Virus record (IMG/VR): IMGVR_UViG_3300031134_000596
DNA length: 64,000 bases
Source: an uncultured virus (IMG/VR IMGVR_UViG_3300031134_000596)
Taxonomy: Duplodnaviria; Heunggongvirae; Uroviricota; Caudoviricetes
Reading direction: 5' to 3' (one strand)
Position numbers and translations under genes: made by a program. Shown here piece after piece: positions 47,671-56,339 of this stretch. Position 1 is the first letter of the stretch. Every line of letters starts with the position of its first letter. Below the pieces are notes generated by a model. It was not told the origin of the DNA. It saw only the letters and a list, made by a program, of their open reading frames with translations, and did not search any database.

Positions 47671-48750
47671 TCAGCTGAGTTTGAACGTGTACTTTTCTCC
47701 TGCACTTGTGTTCACTTCAACTGTAGAGTTCTTCAGCATAGCTTTGGTTTGGCTGTAAGTGAGAGTGCTTGGGTCTTTAGCTCTGAAACCTACATAGTTC
47801 ATCTCAATGGACTTTATCTTCATGTTGGTATCAAAATTCACCACTACTGCATCACTAAAAGTGAAAGGCCCGTCACCTGTTTGGAACCCGGAGCTTGCAC
47901 CTACCTGGGTGTACACATCACCTGTTGGTGTGGTGATGGTTATTCTGTTCATTCCGTCAACCCAAGCCAGTCCCGTGGTTCCACCACCCTGGACGCCTGT
48001 AAGCTGAATGTTTGACATGTCAGGAAGTGTTTGAACGTCAGCTTCGGTGAGGTCTGACACGCTCATGTTGATTGACCAAGCAGTAGAACTTCGGTCAGCT
48101 GCCTTCAAAGCGTCAATCTCAGCTTGTGTAGGGAATCCTGCAAGCTGACCTGTTCTGTCATCGGCTGGGTTGATTTCCCAGGTGAGAGGTTTGTCCAGCG
48201 AACCTACTTTTGTTCCATTATTCACTGGACCTTTGACAGGGCTATGAGGGTTGGAGCTGGTCCCTATCAGAGTAGGCTTACGATTAGTGGAAGAAATCAT
48301 CCAGACGTTACCGCTGGGAGAAAGGATAGCTGCCTGGTATTGGGGGTTTCCTTTGTCATCAGAGTAAGCATAAATTTCAGCTTGTCCTGAAGCTGCCATT
48401 TCTTCAATGTCAAGGAGAGAGCCAACGTCTTTGCCGTGTAAAGGAGAAGCCTCTGAGTCTGGGTTTGCTAAAAAGTCAACTGAACCGTATTGAGGTTTCT
48501 CTGCATCAGAGGTCAGCCCGAGGAAAGCATCCTGGGCTGTTGCGATTGAATCAAGCTGCTGTTTAGCTGCGTTATCCTGAGCCCATGGGATAATAGCGAA
48601 AACTGTTGCAGCAATAACGCCGCCAATAAGACCTATGACAATAATGCCAACCATGATCGAGGCCAAATCGATGGCACCGTCTTCGTTGACGAATACTTCA
48701 CGGGACAATTTTCTTGTTCTAATTTTTGTTGCAAGAGCATGTTTAGACAT
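47671..48750 (-). CDS. type IV pilin-like surface protein, paralog 2
   Basis: near-identical N-terminus to 45885..47039, homologous C-terminal domain. Confidence 0.7.
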   Translation of the reverse strand: MSKHALATKIRTRKLSREVFVNEDGAIDLASIMVGIIVIGLIGGVIAATVFAIIPWAQDNAAKQQLDSIATAQDAFLGLTSDAEKPQYGSVDFLANPDSEASPLHGKDVGSLLDIEEMAASGQAEIYAYSDDKGNPQYQAAILSPSGNVWMISSTNRKPTLIGTSSNPHSPVKGPVNNGTKVGSLDKPLTWEINPADDRTGQLAGFPTQAEIDALKAADRSSTAWSINMSVSDLTEADVQTLPDMSNIQLTGVQGGGTTGLAWVDGMNRITITTPTGDVYTQVGASSGFQTGDGPFTFSDAVVVNFDTNMKIKSIEMNYVGFRAKDPSTLTYSQTKAMLKNSTVEVNTSAGEKYTFKLS

Positions 48751-48926
48751 ATAAAGAAAGTTCCTTGAGAGAATATTTATGTTACTTTTATTTTCTTATC
48801 GGTGGTTATGAGGAACTCTCATTATAAATAATACATAGTGATACAACTAACGAAGCTATTAGCCTGATAAACGAACATTGTCATAAAAATTAGTTCGTTC
48901 ACCAGGCTAACATTGTCAACAGTGAG

Positions 48927-49337
48927 TTATGATTTAGCGTTTGCTGGTTCAAAACCAAGGGATATGCTGTTCATGCAGAACCTATCTCCGGTTGGTGTTT
49001 GGTAAGCGTCATCGAACAGATGCCCTAAATGTGAACCGCATGTTGCACAGAGAACTTCTGCTCGTGTCATGAGCCAGGAACGGTCTGTTTTCAGTTCAAC
49101 TGCTTCAGGAGTGATGGGTTCATAGAAAGAAGGCCACCCTGAGCCGGATTCGAATTTTGTTGTTGACTTGAACAGAGGAGCTTTGCAAGCTTTGCAGTGG
49201 AACACCCCGTCATTGTGTTCGTCTAACAAAATGCCAGTCCATGGTCGTTCAGTTCCTGCTTTGCGAAGTACGTCAAACTCTTCAGCTGTTAGTTCTTCTT
49301 TCCATTCTGATTCAGTTTTGTCAACTTTGTATGACAT
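48927..49337 (-). CDS. msrB: peptide methionine-(R)-sulfoxide reductase
   Basis: GTERPW, CKAC, KFESGSGWPSF, CGSHLGHLF, RFCMNS; GGAGG SD. Confidence 0.95.
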   Translation of the reverse strand: MSYKVDKTESEWKEELTAEEFDVLRKAGTERPWTGILLDEHNDGVFHCKACKAPLFKSTTKFESGSGWPSFYEPITPEAVELKTDRSWLMTRAEVLCATCGSHLGHLFDDAYQTPTGDRFCMNSISLGFEPANAKS

Positions 49338-49448
49338 TGTATAACCTCCATGGTTGTTTGTGTCATAGGTATAACAATTGCACTCACTGAAAAGTTCCCT
49401 TAAACGACTTTGACCCTCCCCTGTATGAGGGAGGGTCAAAGTTTATTC

Positions 49449-49682
49449 TTAGTTCAAAGTTGTTTCACGGAGGGTCAGCTCCTGCTTAGAAGGTTCAACT
49501 ACTGCAGGCACAGAGAACAACATCTTGTCCATCAAAGTGGAGATGAGTTCCATGGGCACTGAAGTCCTTGAAACCTCCCGACGAGGAGAATCACCCTGGT
49601 ACTCAACAATCTGAGCCCACCCGCTGTAATCAGAACGATGAATGATTTCGTATCGACCGTCGATGCTTTTGATGGTTTCCAT
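49449..49682 (-). CDS. hypothetical protein
   Basis: 77-aa ORF, AAGGAG upstream. Confidence 0.6.
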   Translation of the reverse strand: METIKSIDGRYEIIHRSDYSGWAQIVEYQGDSPRREVSRTSVPMELISTLMDKMLFSVPAVVEPSKQELTLRETTLN

Positions 49683-49765
49683 TTTACTTCTCAGGCTCCT
49701 TTGCCGTGTTGAGTAATCTCTATCGGTTTAACCCGTTAGTTGATGCAAGGTCAGCGTCTTTGCTG

Positions 49766-50398
49766 TTAGTTGGAAGCATACTGAGTGTTGAAAGAGAAGT
49801 CAAGATTTTTCTCAACTTCTTCTTGAGTAAACATCTCACGTCCGACCACTTTGAACATCCAGCGGTTACCCATGATGCTGATAGTTCCAGGGTCTTCGTA
49901 AGCGTTCACATAACGCTGGACGCCTGGCATGTATCCATGGCTTGCATGAGTTCTTTCATCCACCATGATGCGACGTGCTAAAGGAGCAAACTTGCGAATC
50001 TTCAACTCATACACATGAACAGGAGCATCATGCTGGTACTGCAGATTGGCATGAACCAACTGGTTTGCCCGAGCCAACGCCGTGTCATGAGTGCCAGCAT
50101 GAATGATGGTGTCATCCGTCATCTTGAACGCTGCATCCCAGTGTTCATTTCTGGAGGAATGGTACCAAGAACCAGACTTAGCGATATCAAAGTCAAGCAA
50201 GGCTGCTGCAGAAGATAAGACGTTGATTCCACTATGAATTACCTCTGAAGTCCACAGATAGTAACCACAGGGGCAGTCTGACCTTTGACGATTCACCATG
50301 TAGTAGCTTCGAGGGAAGACCTCAGCACATCCAGGACAGACAATGCCTGACATGTCAGGATTGCTTTCCACTGGGAGAGTGCTGCTGAGAACCTTCAT
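49766..50398 (-). CDS. hypothetical protein with N-terminal Zn finger
   Basis: CPGC..CPC; WYHSS..HAGT..A..R; RYVNAYEDPG. Confidence 0.65.
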   Translation of the reverse strand: MKVLSSTLPVESNPDMSGIVCPGCAEVFPRSYYMVNRQRSDCPCGYYLWTSEVIHSGINVLSSAAALLDFDIAKSGSWYHSSRNEHWDAAFKMTDDTIIHAGTHDTALARANQLVHANLQYQHDAPVHVYELKIRKFAPLARRIMVDERTHASHGYMPGVQRYVNAYEDPGTISIMGNRWMFKVVGREMFTQEEVEKNLDFSFNTQYASN

Positions 50399-50576
50399 AC
50401 TGTGACCCTACACCTACATTTGAAAAGAGTCAATGCCTCTGTAAGCGATTCTAAGAGGGCAGAGGCTTACTACTCACACGTAGACCATAAGACGATCAGC
50501 TACAGGGAGAACGGCTCACAGGAGGGTTTAGAGGCAATTCAGAGCTGTTCAACGGATGGCTGGTATTATCAGAGTT

Positions 50577-51059
50577 ATGACTGTGTACACATCTCCTGAA
50601 GTTCTTCCAGAGCATCTCGAACTGCCTATCTTTTTAGCCGGCGGGATTAGTAACTGTCCTGACTGGCAAGCAGAACTAATTTCTCAGTTAGATGGTCCTA
50701 CCATCACGCTTATCAATCCTCGTAGAAAAAAATATGAAGACAGCGAAGACATTGCCCGTGCACAGATCAAATGGGAGTATGACGCTTTCAAGCAAGTCGA
50801 AAACGACCCTGTAGTTGACAGGGTGAGCAACTGGGGTTCTGTACTGTTTTGGTTCCCTGAAGAGACTCTTTGCCCTATCACTTTGCTTGAACTCGGCAAA
50901 CTCACACAGCAACGAACACCTATTTTTGTGGGTGTCCATCCAAACTATGCCCGCAGGCTTGATGTTGAAGTACAGCTGGAGCTTTCTCGCCCTGAAGTAA
51001 CTGTTGTTTACTCCTTGGAGGACCTCGCCCAGCAAATCAAAGACCATTACGTCCTATAA
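50577..51059 (+). CDS. nucleoside 2-deoxyribosyltransferase-like protein (Nuc_deoxyri_tr2 type)
   Basis: IFLAGGISNCPDWQ, NPRR, QIKWE, CPITLLELG. Confidence 0.85.
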   Translation: MTVYTSPEVLPEHLELPIFLAGGISNCPDWQAELISQLDGPTITLINPRRKKYEDSEDIARAQIKWEYDAFKQVENDPVVDRVSNWGSVLFWFPEETLCPITLLELGKLTQQRTPIFVGVHPNYARRLDVEVQLELSRPEVTVVYSLEDLAQQIKDHYVL

Positions 51060-51074
51060 CCGAAAGAAGAGACC

Positions 51075-51485
51075 ATGTTCAGCGACGGACAGAAACTCCA
51101 GATCAATGGAGACCGAAAAAGTATGCTTTTCAAAGCAATTGAGTTTGCTTTGGACTATGCGGACTTCAAAGTAGTCAGCTACAAAGTAGAGGGAGATAAA
51201 ATTACCTTCTACTGGCACGCAGTAGAAGGTTCCTACCCTCTACCTCCTACAAAGAACTTTGAAACAATCAGCAACATGGCGTGGGACCATCTTCAGTCAG
51301 AGGAGGCTCAAGCTGCTGGTGACAAAAAAGATGATATCGATGGTAGCATCAGCAAAGGCTGGGAGATTTTCATCCCTCAGTCCTACATCTACCAGGAAAC
51401 AGAGCATAACAAAACATACAAAGACCCTCAGGCTTTTTACGCGATCTTCGCAGTGAAATTTGCTTGGATGTACTACGGCAAGTAG
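51075..51485 (+). CDS. hypothetical phage-like protein
   Basis: DIDGSISKGW, AWMYYGK terminus. Confidence 0.7.
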   Translation: MFSDGQKLQINGDRKSMLFKAIEFALDYADFKVVSYKVEGDKITFYWHAVEGSYPLPPTKNFETISNMAWDHLQSEEAQAAGDKKDDIDGSISKGWEIFIPQSYIYQETEHNKTYKDPQAFYAIFAVKFAWMYYGK

Positions 51486-51538
51486 CACCAAAAACAAAGA
51501 AGCAGGAAAGGAATTTTACCCTTTCCTGCTTCTTTGTT

Positions 51539-51997
51539 TTAACGAGTCAGTTCGACACCATAGTACACTCTACGCAGTGTCCACTTTTCTCTCTTATCTA
51601 TCGCCATATACCTTTGAGCCTCTTCCGCAGACGGGAAGAAGAACACGTTTGTTAGTTCAATGTCTCTACCAAACTGTCTACCAATTGTGTGAACAATCCA
51701 AGCTTCAGTACCGGTAGTTTCAGTCACTGGAAATCCAGGAGCCACATACCGAACGTTCTTATGGTCATTCATTTCCCATCCGTGGCGCAGCATCCGCCCA
51801 AAAGGAAGAAAGCTAACTTTTACCCCAACGTTACGAGTATCAGATGCAACAAAATTAGTTGCTGCTTCCTGGGTGAGAAACACTCGCAGTAACGAAGCGT
51901 TGAAGTCGTTGTCCCTTACTCCTGTACGCATTCCTTCATAGAAGGCTACCCAGACACCAAGAGTATTGTTGAATCCTGTTGGAAAAACTGTGTTCAT
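51539..51997 (-). CDS. hypothetical protein
   Basis: AAGGGAG SD. Confidence 0.65.
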   Translation of the reverse strand: MNTVFPTGFNNTLGVWVAFYEGMRTGVRDNDFNASLLRVFLTQEAATNFVASDTRNVGVKVSFLPFGRMLRHGWEMNDHKNVRYVAPGFPVTETTGTEAWIVHTIGRQFGRDIELTNVFFFPSAEEAQRYMAIDKREKWTLRRVYYGVELTR

Positions 51998-52055
51998 GAT
52001 AATGCTCCCTTTTCGGAACTATATCAGGCTTTTTCCTTGTATGCAAACCCTTGCT

Positions 52056-52580
52056 TTAGCGGGTGATACGGACCACTTCACATCGGCTGACTTTTGGTTC
52101 ACCATATAGAGTGTTCAATTTTGTCAATGTGCTTTCCTGAAGAGGGGCAAAAGAGTCAACAATGATGTGTGTTGTTGATAGCTGGGCTCCAGGGACTCCT
52201 GCTTCAACTAATTCTTGAATGACGAACATAGGGTCTTTGTTCGCAGCAGAGAACCTGTACCTGAGATGAGTTTCATTTCCTGGTTTGTACACAACTCGTA
52301 CAGCATCTTGATTGAAGAGTTCACGCAAAGCAGCTGCAACTTTTTCTATGTCCTTGCGACTACCTGAAATTTTTGTTGTCACTGACGGTTCATGTGAGCC
52401 TTCCCAAATACCAATTGTTTTGTGGAGAACATTCGACTGGATGTTGTTGCTTGAAACCAGTTTGTTGTAAGTATCAACAAAGGTACTGTACTTGAAGGAA
52501 GAGTAAAAGGGGTCGTCAAAAGAAGGTTTGACACTCACATCTGTATCAGTGAACGGGGTAAGACTGTAGTAAGCTTTCAT
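52056..52580 (-). CDS. hypothetical protein
   Basis: IGIWEGSHEPS..FNQDAV; ATGA overlap with upstream gene. Confidence 0.65.
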   Translation of the reverse strand: MKAYYSLTPFTDTDVSVKPSFDDPFYSSFKYSTFVDTYNKLVSSNNIQSNVLHKTIGIWEGSHEPSVTTKISGSRKDIEKVAAALRELFNQDAVRVVYKPGNETHLRYRFSAANKDPMFVIQELVEAGVPGAQLSTTHIIVDSFAPLQESTLTKLNTLYGEPKVSRCEVVRITR

Positions 52581-53257
52581 GACCAATCAGTAATAATCAT
52601 CGGACGTAAACGTTTCCATGAGTCAACATTCACGAAAAGTTCTAACCATTCGCAAACGTTGACTACATCTGTAGGAACATTCGGAACCTTGCGGGAAATC
52701 GCTTGCTCAATGGACTCATATCCGCTTTCAGCAGCAGCTCTGCGAGAGTAGTCATTGTCCAGGTTGAACCTCAAAGCGTCCATAATCTCTTTGGAAAGAA
52801 CTTGACCAGTTTCAGAGTCCATGTAAGACCCTGAATAAGGGAACTGGCCGTACTTCAAAAGACGGTAACTGTTCTCACCCATAAGTTCATCATCAATATC
52901 TTCAGCTTCAGCATAATCGATGGCGTCATCTGAGTGCTTCCATTCATTGATAACGATAAATGGAGTCACAACTACTGCAGTTTTGCCATCTGGCATGTCT
53001 GCAATGGTTACAAAGTCTCGGCTGGTGATTTTGTTGAAACTACCGTTGATGTCATTCTGCAACCAACTGATGTCGTTACCTGGAAGGTCAAGCCCTTCTT
53101 TCTCAGTAGGGTTAGCTTCTTTCCTTTCCAAGAACTCCAAGTATTCAGACATGGACAAGTTCTTGCGACCTTTGTGGTTAGTGTTGATTACAGAATCATA
53201 CTCTTCTTCTGTGAGGACAAAACCGTACCCCATCACCTTGTGAATCCTGATCCCCAT
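52577..53257 (-). CDS. hypothetical phage-like protein
   Basis: MGIRIHKVMGYG..LRPMIITDWS; GGAG SD. Confidence 0.7.
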   Translation of the reverse strand: MGIRIHKVMGYGFVLTEEEYDSVINTNHKGRKNLSMSEYLEFLERKEANPTEKEGLDLPGNDISWLQNDINGSFNKITSRDFVTIADMPDGKTAVVVTPFIVINEWKHSDDAIDYAEAEDIDDELMGENSYRLLKYGQFPYSGSYMDSETGQVLSKEIMDALRFNLDNDYSRRAAAESGYESIEQAISRKVPNVPTDVVNVCEWLELFVNVDSWKRLRPMIITDWS

Positions 53258-53348
53258 GTTTACTCCAGTAGAAATTGCGGCTGTTAAAATGTCTCAGTTG
53301 TGAGACACTTCGTAGGAGGTGTCTCACAACTGAGATGTGGAAGGAAAA

Positions 53349-53825
53349 TTATTCCAAATTCTCCAGGTCGTACCCTTCGTACTCACCATCGGCACGGTAG
53401 TCGATGACAGCCAGGGCAAGAGGAGCAGGGTTGCGCTGCTTGAAACCTTCAGCGTCATCAGTAGTGAACTGATGGGCGTCTTCAGGGGCAACGCTGACGA
53501 CCTTCTCCAACGCTGCAAACCATGCGTCTTCGTTCTTCTTCTCACGCTCCCAAACAGCACGACGCTTCTGAATAGCAGCCCGCTTCTTCTTTGTTTCACT
53601 CAAGAAAGGCTCAGGCAAAGCTTCAACCTGTGCGTCAGTGAAAGCAGCAAGCTTCTGCTCTTCACTGTTCAAAGGAAACTCACCGTCGTATTCACGGTGG
53701 TACCAGTAACCTTCTTCGACTCTCTGCTTCAGAATCACAGCACATGCTCGTGCCAGCTTCTGGTTGTCAGAAGCATCAAAATACCGCTCACCATACTTTT
53801 CTCGGAAGATGATAACGCGTCCCAT
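53349..53825 (-). CDS. hypothetical phage-like protein
   Basis: EKYGERYFDAS..YRADGEYEG; AAGGA SD. Confidence 0.7.
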   Translation of the reverse strand: MGRVIIFREKYGERYFDASDNQKLARACAVILKQRVEEGYWYHREYDGEFPLNSEEQKLAAFTDAQVEALPEPFLSETKKKRAAIQKRRAVWEREKKNEDAWFAALEKVVSVAPEDAHQFTTDDAEGFKQRNPAPLALAVIDYRADGEYEGYDLENLE

Positions 53826-53920
53826 ATTAGAGTCCTTTGTGTAGAAAATATACTTACGATTAGTGCCATTCTACCACTCTTTCCTTGCTGTTTCAAGCCA
53901 TAACTGGTAGAATAACAACT

Positions 53921-54298
53921 ATGAGTACAGAGTACAGTGGGTATGTCGGATATGGTTTCTATGTCAACTATTCAGCTGACTCTTTCAACATACTAAAAGA
54001 GTTCTATGAGGAAATCACTGGCAATGAATATCTTCTGAACAAAGACCCTGACTGGGCTCACTGGTATGTTGAAGCTCTTGATTTTGGTTTACCTGTCCAA
54101 GTCAGTGTCGAAAAAGATGGAGAAAATCGAATCATCTTAGTGCTGGCGGATAAGCATTCCTGGTTTGATACTACTTTGGTAGGTGCCAGACACGTCAGGA
54201 CGCCAGATGCAGAAAACCCTTCCAGGAAACTGGTGGATGACCTTGCTAAGAAAATGGATGTCGAAGCCGGCATCATCATGTACGCAACATACGAATGA
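53921..54298 (+). CDS. hypothetical protein (paralog of next gene)
   Basis: leaderless TAGAAT-N7-ATG; YSGYVGYGF. Confidence 0.7.
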   Translation: MSTEYSGYVGYGFYVNYSADSFNILKEFYEEITGNEYLLNKDPDWAHWYVEALDFGLPVQVSVEKDGENRIILVLADKHSWFDTTLVGARHVRTPDAENPSRKLVDDLAKKMDVEAGIIMYATYE

Positions 54299-54310
54299 GA
54301 AGAGAAAATA

Positions 54311-54691
54311 ATGGGATTAGATTACAGCGGTAGCGTTGGTTTTGGATTTGTTTCACCTTACAACAAAGAGGTGTTTGAGATTCTCAAAAGCTTCTACGAA
54401 AAGAAGACCAGCGAAACATACGAACCTGAGGACGAGTATGACGGCATGGACCAGAACATCTCTCATCGCATGTTCCCTGGTGTGATGGTTCAGACTGTCT
54501 GGTTTGAAAGCACTGGTAACCGTCAGATTTTTGTCATGTACGACAAAACTCGTGTTTCCTTGGAACGAACAGACATGGAAGGACGCTACATCACGATTCC
54601 CGAAAACAACTCAGCTATCGACATCATCGAAGAACTTGCTGACTTGCTTGGAGTGGACACAGGAATGGTAATCTACTCCGAATATTCGTGA
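54311..54691 (+). CDS. hypothetical protein (paralog of previous gene)
   Basis: YSGSVGFGF, similar C-terminus. Confidence 0.7.
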   Translation: MGLDYSGSVGFGFVSPYNKEVFEILKSFYEKKTSETYEPEDEYDGMDQNISHRMFPGVMVQTVWFESTGNRQIFVMYDKTRVSLERTDMEGRYITIPENNSAIDIIEELADLLGVDTGMVIYSEYS

Positions 54692-54692
54692 G

Positions 54693-55469
54693 TTAACGGC
54701 TTTCCACTAAAGTAACTATTGTGGCATGAGCAGAGCTTCTTCTTGCTGTTTTAGAAGGGTTGCTTATTCTGCGATGCGGGAGTACTTGCTCCACGACAAA
54801 CTCTTTGTCTCGTGGGTGCAGGTACTCCTGTTCTTTTTCACTGAAAGTCTGTCCGTAGTTTGACACTGGAGCTCCAGGACGGGTCTTCATAACGAAGACA
54901 AGGTTACCTAAACCTCTGTCTGGTTCATCCGCAAGGTATTCTTCCCAGTCAGCTTGTGTTGGGAACGTAGATGTGCCAATAGGTGGCTGCAAGTCTGCAT
55001 GGGACTCTGGAAGGAAGTCGAAAAGAGCGTCAGGGTTTGGTGTGGTTGAGGTGAACCCAGCAAGTTTTACTCGACCTTTGACAGGGAACTGCTGCTTTAC
55101 CCATGCTTCAGCTTCTTCTTTGTTTCGGAAATCTTGGTAGCATTTTGTGGCACGGTAAGTGATGACTGTTTCTGCTGGAGCAATCTCTTCGTATTTTTTC
55201 AACGCACTGTCAAGCTGTTTGATTCGCTCAAGAGTATCTGCAGAAGGAGTCAAATCCGCACCATGCAGGTGGGCGTTCATTTCCATGTAGCTCTGGTCCA
55301 AATAATCTGTAACTGCTGCTACTTCGTATTTGTTGAGGAACAGCTTCAGCTTTTCCGATTCCCGAGTATGGGTGTTGTAGTCGAGGCTGGTTGAGGTGAA
55401 AACGTACTCGCCAGTCTCACCATGCACACGGCAAGCGGAGGGGTTCTTTGCTCGGCATTTTCTTTTCAT
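54693..55469 (-). CDS. Cys-tag protein with ADP-ribosyltransferase (VIP2/Alt-like, R-S-E) domain
   Basis: KCRAKNPSACRVHG; Y..MN..L, YRA, FTSTT, EQEYL. Confidence 0.8.
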   Translation of the reverse strand: MKRKCRAKNPSACRVHGETGEYVFTSTSLDYNTHTRESEKLKLFLNKYEVAAVTDYLDQSYMEMNAHLHGADLTPSADTLERIKQLDSALKKYEEIAPAETVITYRATKCYQDFRNKEEAEAWVKQQFPVKGRVKLAGFTSTTPNPDALFDFLPESHADLQPPIGTSTFPTQADWEEYLADEPDRGLGNLVFVMKTRPGAPVSNYGQTFSEKEQEYLHPRDKEFVVEQVLPHRRISNPSKTARRSSAHATIVTLVESR

Positions 55470-55537
55470 GGAGAATTCCTAACAAAAAGATTGGGACCCC
55501 TCCCATTTGAGGGGTCCCAATTGCTTCATTCTGTCAA

Positions 55538-56287
55538 CTATTTCTGGGTTCCATCCAAAATAGCCCGCATTTCATCCTCAGTTTTGCCGTCAAACTTCTT
55601 ACGCCACATCTCCTGCTGGTTTTCAAAGTAAGCTTTGCTGGCATCCAATCCTTCATACAGCCAAACCCTGTCCATCTCTGACAGCTGCTTATCTTCAGGC
55701 ACATCTTCGAGCTTCGCAACCAAGGTTGAGAAAATTTCAAACGCTTCATCGTTAGTAAGGAACCCGTTATAGCTGTTGTCCTGACCTTCATGCTCAGGGC
55801 CAGAAGTGGAAGCAGCTTTTGCAATGAGAGTAGGTGAGAACTGAGTCTCATTCTCTGCCGTTACTCCAGCATAGGAAGTTTTATGACCGAGAAGGTTTTT
55901 GCTCATTTCATAGTCGTTTTGACTAATTTCCTCATTCAAGTAACGCTGTTCAAGCTTCTCCAAATTCTGAATCAGGCTTTCTTTTTCCCTCAACGCTTTA
56001 AGTTCTTCAATCTCCACATCGTAAGGGCCCAATCTGAGACGAGCATGGTTATGACGGAACCGGAAGTAGAAGCGGAGACCATCAAGGTGACCGAAAGCCT
56101 GAACAGGCATGGCTCCGTAGAAAGGAGCTGTGAACTTCAAACCCCTGTCAGCAAACTTAGATTCCAGTTTTTCAACCATCACTGCAGTTGCTGCACGTTC
56201 AGCTGCCAGGTTCTCCAAAACATCAGCGTCGATGTCTAAGATCATCTTAAAAGCATTCTCAGTGTTGTCATCCATCATATTAGGCAT
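55538..56287 (-). CDS. hypothetical protein
   Basis: PVQAFGHLDGLRFYFRFRH motif. Confidence 0.7.
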   Translation of the reverse strand: MPNMMDDNTENAFKMILDIDADVLENLAAERAATAVMVEKLESKFADRGLKFTAPFYGAMPVQAFGHLDGLRFYFRFRHNHARLRLGPYDVEIEELKALREKESLIQNLEKLEQRYLNEEISQNDYEMSKNLLGHKTSYAGVTAENETQFSPTLIAKAASTSGPEHEGQDNSYNGFLTNDEAFEIFSTLVAKLEDVPEDKQLSEMDRVWLYEGLDASKAYFENQQEMWRKKFDGKTEDEMRAILDGTQK

Positions 56288-56339
56288 AAGCTTAATTCTA
56301 ACACAATAACAGTTACAGGACAAGCCCGATAGCGTTAGT

